Shown: positions 21,098-28,858 of the stretch, in pieces
Numbering within the stretch: the stretch's first letter is position 1
How the letters are laid out: each line of letters starts with the position of its first letter
Sequence record: NC_061449.1
Length of the DNA: 64,000 nt
Direction: 5' to 3' (one strand)
The notes under the pieces: generated by a model
Databases searched by the model: none
Told to the model about the DNA's origin: nothing
The model's input: only the letters and a program-made list of their open reading frames with translations
Position numbers and translations under genes: made by a program

Positions 21098-21387
21098 TAG
21101 CCAAATCTCACGTTAGAACTTCCGTTTGATGCAGTATCACCGCAACTGTTTGCATCACCTGCACGTTGGGCAGGCTTGCCATTGACACGTACACTTGAAC
21201 CTGAAGTAGCAACACCTGTATGGGGCGGCTTCTTTGGTTTCCAGTGTGGTCGATACTTGTCGCCAGAGCGAACACTTCCTTTGCCATTCACGAGCACATT
21301 AGACGAGGCTTGTGCCGGAACAACAGGGAAATAACCACTGTGACCAGTAGACAGGTCAGTGCCTAAACGAATAGCTTTCTGTCCCAT
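21097..21387 (-). CDS. PAAR-like spike tip protein (T4 gp5.4-like)
   Basis: Start ATG 21387 with AGGAG RBS; 96 aa; RLGTD..TGH, VLVNGK, VRVNGKPAQRAGD..SCG. Confidence 0.9.
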   Translation of the reverse strand: MGQKAIRLGTDLSTGHSGYFPVVPAQASSNVLVNGKGSVRSGDKYRPHWKPKKPPHTGVATSGSSVRVNGKPAQRAGDANSCGDTASNGSSNVRFG

Positions 21388-21409
21388 GATATTCTCCTCT
21401 GTTAGGCAC

Positions 21410-21417
21410 AAATTAGC
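21410..21417 (-). promoter_or_regulatory. GCTAATTT motif, putative late promoter
   Basis: Between the terminator at 21432-21464 and the PAAR RBS. Confidence 0.6.
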
Positions 21418-21431
21418 TTGTTACGCAGTAG

Positions 21432-21464
21432 AAACGAAAACGGGCGACCCGAAGGCCACCCGTT
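21432..21464 (-). terminator. intrinsic terminator
   Basis: GGGTGGCC-TTCG-GGTCGCCC followed by GTTTTCGTTT. Confidence 0.85.
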
Positions 21465-21496
21465 CTCTGTGCTTGGATTTGTGTCGCTTAACTCCC

Positions 21497-21655
21497 TTAC
21501 GCCCGATGCAAGTGCCACATAGCCGAAGCTACGGAGCCGGAGTTAATGACCGAGAGTGAAGCCGCACGCCACGGCAACAGTATGTGACTCTCGGAACCAG
21601 ATAGCAAGCGACCAAGCATCGCAATTGCTATCAGCGACACGAAGAACAAAATCAT
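21497..21655 (-). CDS. small hydrophobic peptide (52 aa)
   Basis: AGGAG RBS 6 nt before ATG 21655; MILFFVSLIAIAMLGRLL hydrophobic N-terminus; terminator just downstream. Confidence 0.55.
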   Translation of the reverse strand: MILFFVSLIAIAMLGRLLSGSESHILLPWRAASLSVINSGSVASAMWHLHRA

Positions 21656-21684
21656 GTTTGCTCCTGTGTCTCTCTGTAAGTAAA

Positions 21685-21698
21685 ACATTTGCAAATGT
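21685..21698. promoter_or_regulatory. perfect 14-bp palindrome ACATTTGCAAATGT, possible operator
   Basis: Seen directly; lies 30 nt upstream of the small ORF and at the edge of the structured region. Confidence 0.4.
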
Positions 21699-21739
21699 CG
21701 ATCAAGTTACTTCGAGTTGCCATTCGCCCGACTTCACTA

Positions 21740-22746
21740 TGGTTTCAACTCTCTTTCTCTCTTTACCGCCTGGGTTGCGGTCGAACCGCACACAAGAGCG
21801 TCACATAAAAGGCACACGGCGGAAAAGTGAAAAGTTCCGTGCGTCTTAAATGCAACAGCTCCAGCGAAGGAGGTGGCCCATCGGTGATCTGCGGTGGTTG
21901 ATACACTCTTTAACAATCGCTCTTGTTGTGCATTAAATCGTGGTAGGAACGCGATTGACCGCTAACAAGTCCTATACGATATTTCACTACCCGGAAAAGT
22001 GGGCAAGCTATGGCAGCACGTCAACGGCAGCATGGCGCGGACACACTCCATTGAACATTGTTAAGGGCAATGCTCAACAGGCTGTGAACAGCTTTGACCA
22101 AACGTAGAGTCGCTCGTCGCCCAACATCACTTGAGTATCTCGTCTACGTTCTTTTACTCCCTGAATACCATACAAGGAATACGGCACCCATGAGGGTCTG
22201 CGGATGTTTATCACTCTCAGACTCTTGCAGTTCAATCCTGTACGCAGTGTGTTGAGTCGTCCGCTGGATGACACACTACATACCCTCACCGTGCTGTACA
22301 TCGGTAGGAAAGAGCTGGTGGAAAGTTGTCATGAAAAGACTGCTAGCTGGTAGGCTTGCCTCTCTTCCCAATGTACACTTGCGCCAGCTAATGTACATCA
22401 GGCAGCGTAGGCTGCAATACTGCTGTCCCTGAAAGATTGACCACAGCGTTGAGACTTCGCTCCATCAATCTACGTGCCTAGAGGCGGTTGCCGTGCGTAT
22501 GTCTGAAAAGAATGTAAAACACTGGGCCTTGTGGGCGTCAGCAGCAGAGCAACGGTCTATCACGTGGGTGCCGGGGTTATCCTCACGATTACAGAGCGTA
22601 AGCTCAAACCGGCTGGAGGCTCACATGCTGCCCAGAAATACAGCGCATGAGTTTGATGGATCAGCAAGATGCCACCCGCGAAGAAAGCATCTTACCGCAA
22701 CAGTTAGATATTACTATCTGCAATTTTTATTTACAGATTTTTTTTT
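21740..22746 (+). ncRNA. candidate large (~1 kb) structured non-coding RNA
   Basis: No credible ORF in an otherwise gene-dense genome; more than 10 nested helices of 6-13 bp; G.U pairs and a GNRA loop favour the plus strand; ends at a T9 run. Boundaries and strand are approximate. Confidence 0.6.
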
Positions 22747-24508
22747 AAAACGCTTTACGTTCAACATTTGAATATAAAGTTTCATACGGCTCAGAGTACA
22801 GTTCAGGACCGCGTTGAGCGCGTACAGTCACGTAACCAGTGTGACGGTTGAACGCAGTGATTTCGACTGTAGGCTGTTTAGGCTTGATGGTCGCATAAAT
22901 CGGAGCGTTAAGCGTAGGTTCGTCTGTCTGAATCTTATTTACAGATTGCAGCGCAGCACCAGACAGCGTTGGCAGCTTGAATCGCAGTTCAGCGCGTTTC
23001 TGGCCGAACGCAGCACGAATCATACCGTTTTCCAACTGCACACCGTTCTGCTTGAGATACGCAGCGATGCGACGACCGATACCGGTAAGTTGATCGCGAG
23101 TGCGAGGGTCGAACGTACCTTCGAAGCTGATTGCTTCTGTAGGTTGACGCACAGACAGGTGCAGACCAGTATTGAAGTAGCCTTCGGTCAGCAGACGCAG
23201 GATCTCTTTAACGACCTCTTTCGTGTTCTGATTGATAGCAGCAATGCGCAGTTCTGGCACGTCTACTTTCACAGGGTCACGCAGTTCGGTCTGATTGTCC
23301 ATGTAGCCGAGAGACACATGCTTCGCGTTGGTGTATGTATGCTGCAACACACCAGTAGCGCGAATCAACACAGAGCCGCTTTTAGCGAGGTCATACAGTT
23401 CATCGCTGGTGGTTGTGCTGAACAGGTAGTAGTCTGTAGGCACTGCCATGCGATTGACAGCTTCGACCGCTTTCGTCTGCACTTCTTTCACAGTCTTGCC
23501 GAAGACAACACGACTACGGTTCGGCTGAGATGCAGACACAGGGAAGAACGCACCGTAGACAGCCTGAACGTTCTTCTTAATAGGCTGCTCAGACTGAACC
23601 TTCTTGCCACCCGCCAGTGGAGGCAGCTTAACACCCACCAGCTTGCCTTTAACGATGTGCTTGTTCTCTTTGACAGGCTTGAGCGAGTCAACGAGTTTAG
23701 CCAGCGATGCACCATCAAGAATCTTCTCAAGCGGAACAACAAGGTTCTGCGGCAGATAGTGTTTCTTGCGATACGTGTAGATGACGGTATCTTTCTTGAT
23801 CTGCAAAGGCGTTGCCATGTTGCGGCCAACTACGCCTACAGGCTGGAACGTGTTTACTTTGTCGTCAGCAATTGCACCGAACTGCTTGGTGAACTCAGTC
23901 TGCCCAATGATGTTAGCAACACGCAGATGACCACGAACGATAAACACGATCTTCGGTTCGTCTTTCAAGCGCAGCTCGTAACGGTCACGGTTCAGATAAA
24001 CCATGCTGTACTTGTCGCCCTTCTCCAGTTCAAGGTCATACTCGTCGTTAGCATCATCGACAACGACTTTCTTACCCTGATAAGTAGAGTAGGTACGAGC
24101 ACCAGCAGACTCAGAGGCAATCTCCATTGCCTTGCCTGTGTTAGACAGTGACGCGGCAAAGTCACGCACGGCTGGCATCAGGTCGAATGAAGACGATACT
24201 GCGTATGGTTCGCGCTTGTCGCCGAGGTGCAGATGCACAGCACTTGTGCTGGACATGAAGACGCTAGTACCTACATCTTCGTGCTTACCTGCAAAGTTCA
24301 TGCCACTAATACGTTCGATGACATTTGCATTCAGTGATTCGAAGCGAACATCGCTACCAGCAGCGAAGTCAAAGATTTCACCGTGACGCCAAGCATAGGC
24401 CACGTTGTTCGAACTAAGTCCGACAAACGCATCACCAATCTGACTGACGGTTAACGGCATGATACTCAGATCACGAATGATCGAGGACTGCTTTTTAATG
24501 AGGTTCAT
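22745..24508 (-). CDS. hypothetical protein, probable head-internal protein
   Basis: 587 aa; S-x-S-A motifs (MSSTSA, IASESA) followed by the shared Y-x-x-Y-x-G domain. Confidence 0.8.
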   Translation of the reverse strand: MNLIKKQSSIIRDLSIMPLTVSQIGDAFVGLSSNNVAYAWRHGEIFDFAAGSDVRFESLNANVIERISGMNFAGKHEDVGTSVFMSSTSAVHLHLGDKREPYAVSSSFDLMPAVRDFAASLSNTGKAMEIASESAGARTYSTYQGKKVVVDDANDEYDLELEKGDKYSMVYLNRDRYELRLKDEPKIVFIVRGHLRVANIIGQTEFTKQFGAIADDKVNTFQPVGVVGRNMATPLQIKKDTVIYTYRKKHYLPQNLVVPLEKILDGASLAKLVDSLKPVKENKHIVKGKLVGVKLPPLAGGKKVQSEQPIKKNVQAVYGAFFPVSASQPNRSRVVFGKTVKEVQTKAVEAVNRMAVPTDYYLFSTTTSDELYDLAKSGSVLIRATGVLQHTYTNAKHVSLGYMDNQTELRDPVKVDVPELRIAAINQNTKEVVKEILRLLTEGYFNTGLHLSVRQPTEAISFEGTFDPRTRDQLTGIGRRIAAYLKQNGVQLENGMIRAAFGQKRAELRFKLPTLSGAALQSVNKIQTDEPTLNAPIYATIKPKQPTVEITAFNRHTGYVTVRAQRGPELYSEPYETLYSNVERKAF

Positions 24509-24516
24509 ATAAATCC

Positions 24517-24951
24517 CTAATACGAAACAATGCGGAAGGCGTTCTGCTTGAGCAGATTGAGATTGCCCAGCATCAAGCTATACGCAAGAGTGCCGTGCTG
24601 TTCGAGCAGACTGTCAGGTACAAGTGACCCGAAGTAAAGTGCCTTGTCTGGCCGAGTGTTAATCTCTTCACCAGTAGACTTCATTGCGTCAGGGACAACG
24701 AAGCACCACGGTTCAGCAACGTACTTACCTTTGACGTACTGAATCCTATAACCAACAGCCATGTGTTGGTCTTTGGTCGGGCGATACGAAAAAACATCCG
24801 TATTCTGGTTGCGAGACTTGCGCACAGCGAACAGCGACATAGTGAGGAATCGCTGTTCGAACTGTGGGATGAACGCATTGTCTTCGCATATCTTTTTCAG
24901 CACCGCCTCTTGTCGAGCTTTTGGCATCGACGAGAACAGGTTTAGATTCAT
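24517..24951 (-). CDS. hypothetical protein
   Basis: 144 aa; coupled to tmk (ATGA overlap). Confidence 0.75.
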   Translation of the reverse strand: MNLNLFSSMPKARQEAVLKKICEDNAFIPQFEQRFLTMSLFAVRKSRNQNTDVFSYRPTKDQHMAVGYRIQYVKGKYVAEPWCFVVPDAMKSTGEEINTRPDKALYFGSLVPDSLLEQHGTLAYSLMLGNLNLLKQNAFRIVSY

Positions 24952-25562
24952 GACAGCTTGGCGAGAATTTGACGAACAACATCAGACACCGAATTAACCT
25001 CAGTGTCGATAACTAAATCAAAGCCTCCAGGCACTTCGAGATAGCGCTGGTTGTATTGCTCAAACACTTCTTTGGTCTGACGCTTTTCGATACGGTCTTC
25101 ACCGCCGATGCGAATCTTCCGACGCTCAACAGAAGTTTCATAGCCACACGTCAGCAGCACTGTCAGGCGATTCTCAGGAGCAAGCGCTTCCCAAGTATGC
25201 TGATAGATGTGTGCGTTAACGTCTGACTCACCTGCCTGATAAACGTAAGTGGAAGGGTAGCCGCGATCAGCAATAATGATCGTGTCTGGTTCGTTGGCGA
25301 GAATGCGCTCATACGCAGTCATCGTTGAAGAACGTGCAGCGAGGAACAGCAGCAGTTCGGTACGCGGGTCCATACCCTCGTTAAGAGGATTTGAATTGGA
25401 TAGCAGAACATCACGAATGTGTTCGGCAAGCGGCGTACCGCCAGGCTCACGCAAGCGCAGAGTTTTCGCACCACGTTGCGTCAGTATTTCAGACAGAGCA
25501 GTACATACAGTAGATTTACCGCTACCTTCGGGGCCTTCGACTAAGAGATAGGTTGAGTTCAT
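24948..25562 (-). CDS. tmk: thymidylate kinase
   Basis: P-loop VEGPEGSGKST, LREPGGT, LLFLAAR, IIADRGYPSTYVYQ, DRIE lid. Confidence 0.95.
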   Translation of the reverse strand: MNSTYLLVEGPEGSGKSTVCTALSEILTQRGAKTLRLREPGGTPLAEHIRDVLLSNSNPLNEGMDPRTELLLFLAARSSTMTAYERILANEPDTIIIADRGYPSTYVYQAGESDVNAHIYQHTWEALAPENRLTVLLTCGYETSVERRKIRIGGEDRIEKRQTKEVFEQYNQRYLEVPGGFDLVIDTEVNSVSDVVRQILAKLS

Positions 25563-25571
25563 AATGAGTCC

Positions 25572-26063
25572 TTAGGCAAATCGCCCACCACGCCATGCGG
25601 CCTTAATGAGCAATTTTGCCACGATTTCGTTCTTCATTGTCTTTCGCTTGGCATTGCTTCTGACAAATGCAGAGCCGAACTTATTCACGACAAGCAGACC
25701 ACAACCGAGTTTTTTGATACGCTCGATAATGCGCTCACCGTGAGAATCAAACAGTTGTTCATCAATGATGAAGTACATACGCATACAGTAAGGCAAATAC
25801 TTATGCCACTTCTTATCAGTATTGAAGTCAGCCCAGCAGCTTTTCACCTCAGTGATAATCATATCGCATTTGGTGTTTAGGCAGAACACGTCAGCCCTTA
25901 AGTTACCGTGCTTAATCAAACCGAGTTCAACGTGACACGAATAGCGTTTGTCAATCCAGTAGCGTTGTGCAGCTTCGGTGAGAAATGCCGTCTTATCAGG
26001 GCGGCTCATTGATTTAAAAACAGCAGTCTGAATAGGTTCAGCTTTGCGCCGCTTATAGGCCAT
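25572..26063 (-). CDS. MmcB-family PD-(D/E)xK nuclease / DNA repair protein
   Basis: E-L-G-L...RADV...ITEVKSCWADFNTDKKWHKYLPYC..MYF. Confidence 0.85.
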   Translation of the reverse strand: MAYKRRKAEPIQTAVFKSMSRPDKTAFLTEAAQRYWIDKRYSCHVELGLIKHGNLRADVFCLNTKCDMIITEVKSCWADFNTDKKWHKYLPYCMRMYFIIDEQLFDSHGERIIERIKKLGCGLLVVNKFGSAFVRSNAKRKTMKNEIVAKLLIKAAWRGGRFA

Positions 26064-26511
26064 ACGAGTCGATAATGTCCAGGGCTTGCTCTACGATAGG
26101 ACGAAGTTTCTTGTCCACTTTACGCAGAGCCTTATCTGCTTTGAACCATTTGCGCTCACGCGTCAGGGCTTCATCGTATTCAGTCAGCATCGTTTTGACT
26201 TTCATGATGAACCATTCAACGTGTTGCTCACGGCCGGTTTTGCCTTTAACGTAACGCATGATATCTACGAAGTCTTTCGGCTTACCGAGAACACCAGCTT
26301 CTTCCATTGCTTCTTTGAGAGCACTGTCAAGGGGCGTCATTCCTTTTTCGACTCCGCCTTTAGGCAGACCCCAATTGCCAGCGTGGGTGGTACGAATCAA
26401 AAGCAACTCGACTGTACCATCCTTTTTCTTTCTGTATGGAATGACGCCTGACTGCTTACGAGGTTTCTTCTCGTGTGGCAGTTTGGCAGACAATGATACG
26501 TTGATCATCAT
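26053..26511 (-). CDS. NUDIX hydrolase (Ap4A/DIPP-like subfamily)
   Basis: SGVIPYR...WGLPKGGVEKGMTPLDSALKEAMEEAGV Nudix box; RERKWF. Confidence 0.93.
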   Translation of the reverse strand: MMINVSLSAKLPHEKKPRKQSGVIPYRKKKDGTVELLLIRTTHAGNWGLPKGGVEKGMTPLDSALKEAMEEAGVLGKPKDFVDIMRYVKGKTGREQHVEWFIMKVKTMLTEYDEALTRERKWFKADKALRKVDKKLRPIVEQALDIIDSYGL

Positions 26512-27008
26512 AACGAGTCGAGTCCCCGTGGCAGGTCAACATCCCATGAACCAGCATTGTCTTTCCACAGACCTTGATCCTGCAACTCTTTATAGGCTTC
26601 ATAAAGAGACACGCGGGCCTGAGGCGAAAGCTCGTTCACAAATCCAGGCATGTTGTATGAATACGAACAGCCAGGGAAGTATTGTAGACGGCAGGACTCG
26701 TATGTGTCAAACACAATACGACCTTCTGCGTCAGTCACAACAGAATGTGAAGCCATACCACCTTGACCGAGAACAACAATCTCATAGTCAGGATGTTTGT
26801 TGTAGACACGTTGAATAAACTCGGCTGCTTCTGCAAACGGTCTGGCTACTTGCGCAGCTCGATGGCAGTTCTGCTCCACGGCCGATTCAGCGAGAGCGCG
26901 AGCGCCAGTCAAATTCATAGCCGAGGCAAAGATAAGAGTTGTGAGCGCTTTTGGCTCAACAGCAGTGGGGAAAAACTTTGTGCCCCACGCTTGAGATAAC
27001 GAAAGCAT
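26508..27008 (-). CDS. hypothetical protein
   Basis: 166 aa; AGGAG RBS; GCTAATTT upstream; N-terminal MLSLSQA. Confidence 0.8.
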   Translation of the reverse strand: MLSLSQAWGTKFFPTAVEPKALTTLIFASAMNLTGARALAESAVEQNCHRAAQVARPFAEAAEFIQRVYNKHPDYEIVVLGQGGMASHSVVTDAEGRIVFDTYESCRLQYFPGCSYSYNMPGFVNELSPQARVSLYEAYKELQDQGLWKDNAGSWDVDLPRGLDSL

Positions 27009-27037
27009 GGACGTCTCCTTATACGATAGTCTCAGCT

Positions 27038-27045
27038 AAATTAGC
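27038..27045 (-). promoter_or_regulatory. GCTAATTT motif, putative late promoter
   Basis: In the 38-nt gap, 30 nt upstream of ATG 27008. Confidence 0.6.
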
Positions 27046-27046
27046 G

Positions 27047-27337
27047 TCAGTCATCCCGACATGTAAGGACTTGCTTGCGAATCTGTGTAAACTCGCGAGG
27101 CGCAGGACCTGAAACAACAATAGCGAGTGTAGCAGGGCGCTTTGGCTCTTTCAGAGTCACGTTACAGCCAGCATGAGACAGTGCTGCGAAGGCGCCCTCA
27201 GCACATGGACCACTAACCACAAGACTATGCGAATAGAAAGGCTTGTACTTCTTAGCCATAAATCGGGATATTGCACCATGTATAGCTCGGCACTGCAAAT
27301 CGGTAGGCACAGAGCCGCACCAAATAGCATAGATCAT
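27047..27337 (-). CDS. hypothetical protein
   Basis: 96 aa; AGGAG RBS; overlaps the upstream stop. Confidence 0.7.
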   Translation of the reverse strand: MIYAIWCGSVPTDLQCRAIHGAISRFMAKKYKPFYSHSLVVSGPCAEGAFAALSHAGCNVTLKEPKRPATLAIVVSGPAPREFTQIRKQVLTCRDD

Positions 27338-28059
27338 TTCGTGTTCTCCTTAATCAAAAGGAGACCATTGAAGATACCGAACTTATCAGTGAAATCGCCG
27401 AGGACGTTATGGAGAGAACCACTATCACCAGGAGCACCGTAAGGATTAAAACCTGTGACGTTGATTTGCAGATGCGATGAACTGACGGTATCGCGTCCCT
27501 TTTCCGACAAAAAGATGGTATTGCCAGAAAAACGCTGCTTATCAGTAATGAGCACACCCATGTTAGACCACGTAGCGGAAGAGGTTTCCAACACAAAGAC
27601 AGACGCTTCGAAAAAGTTGCATCCCAGCTCTGGCTTGATATCTTCAATGTAGTGTGCATCTTCATGGTCAGCAACAACAACGTCCACCGTAATGAAATCA
27701 ATCGCATCACGACGGTTGCGCAACCAGATTTGCATACAGCGTTCAAAGTAGTCAGCCAACGCACAGCAGATGCAGCTATAGTTCGACGGGTCTTTCTTGG
27801 CGCGTGGTATGGCTGTAATGCTGCGGTCATTGAATTTCCAGCTAATGTGATCAGTTACAAGGATATCGCCTTGCATCTCGACGTCTTCGTCGTTGATGTA
27901 AAACAGTTTGGTGCGTTGCATAGCGATGTTGGACATGACGTGGAGGGCACTGCCCTGTAAGCCCAGCGGATGCTGAATCATAACACGAGCAGTAACCACG
28001 CGAGGTACGCCACCATCAAGATATGCGAAGTTCATGGTGCGATGTAATACAGTGCGCAT
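27334..28059 (-). CDS. hypothetical protein
   Basis: 241 aa; AAGGA RBS. Confidence 0.75.
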   Translation of the reverse strand: MRTVLHRTMNFAYLDGGVPRVVTARVMIQHPLGLQGSALHVMSNIAMQRTKLFYINDEDVEMQGDILVTDHISWKFNDRSITAIPRAKKDPSNYSCICCALADYFERCMQIWLRNRRDAIDFITVDVVVADHEDAHYIEDIKPELGCNFFEASVFVLETSSATWSNMGVLITDKQRFSGNTIFLSEKGRDTVSSSHLQINVTGFNPYGAPGDSGSLHNVLGDFTDKFGIFNGLLLIKENTK

Positions 28060-28069
28060 GATGCGTCCT

Positions 28070-28858
28070 TTAGTTCAGGTTGATTGTCTGTCCATTTACA
28101 GTTACTTCCTGACCTGCATCAATGCTAACAGCACCTTTAACATCAAGCACGTCATCGCCTTTAATTTTGGTAACGCGACTGCCTCCTATCTCAACAGTCT
28201 GGTTGCCTGTGATCTTCGTATACTGATTGCCACCGTCACCCTTAGGCGTACCTTTAAACTTGACACGCTTCTTCGGGTCAGGCTTGAGATTCTTAGGCGT
28301 CATCGTAGGGTCATTCAGAATGTAGTCGGGAATATCATTCTTCGTGCCTGTGATAATCAACTGTTGGTTGCCAACAATCGTCTGGTTAACATCACCCATG
28401 ATTGTCATGTGGAAGTCACCCGACGTAACGAGGAAATGCTCGTTAGTCATGCGGTCGATAATCAACTGCGTACCAGTAGATAGTCTGACGCCTATGCGAT
28501 GCGGATAGTTAACGAGAAACTCAGGCAGAATGTCTGCTTTCGTCATACGCACGTTCGTTGTGTACATACCCTCATGCAGTTGGCCAGTAGGGAACTTAAC
28601 ACTTACCTTAGCACCGCGAGTAGGGATGAATGACGTACCAAACACAACGCCAGTTGAACCACCTTTCAGCCCTTCGAGATGACCGACAGCAGGACGAATC
28701 CACGGAATCATCTCGTCGGCTATGTCATCCGTCAGTCCCATGACACGAGCACGAATCTGACCTATTTGCTGAGGATCGTTATTGTCTATAACGATTGCCT
28801 CATACTCCATTTGAGGGTCAATGCCCTTCTTGGAGTTAACTGTATTGAGTGGAATCAT
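28070..28858 (-). CDS. baseplate spike (gp5/gpV-like: OB fold plus beta-helix, no lysozyme domain)
   Basis: VIDNNDPQQIGQIRARV..L..IPW..P..GAKVSVKF..G; C-terminal 8-residue beta-helix repeats. Confidence 0.9.
   Translation of the reverse strand: MIPLNTVNSKKGIDPQMEYEAIVIDNNDPQQIGQIRARVMGLTDDIADEMIPWIRPAVGHLEGLKGGSTGVVFGTSFIPTRGAKVSVKFPTGQLHEGMYTTNVRMTKADILPEFLVNYPHRIGVRLSTGTQLIIDRMTNEHFLVTSGDFHMTIMGDVNQTIVGNQQLIITGTKNDIPDYILNDPTMTPKNLKPDPKKRVKFKGTPKGDGGNQYTKITGNQTVEIGGSRVTKIKGDDVLDVKGAVSIDAGQEVTVNGQTINLN

Noticed and set aside
21775-21790. GCGGTTCGACCGC on the minus strand resembling a tRNA T-arm
   Set aside because: Loop is too short and no acceptor, D or anticodon arms can be built; not a tRNA or tmRNA end
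22074-22771. ORFs 22074..22301 (-) and 22493..22771 (+) inside the structured gap
   Set aside because: No RBS, atypical composition and no coupling to neighbours; they do not explain the gap
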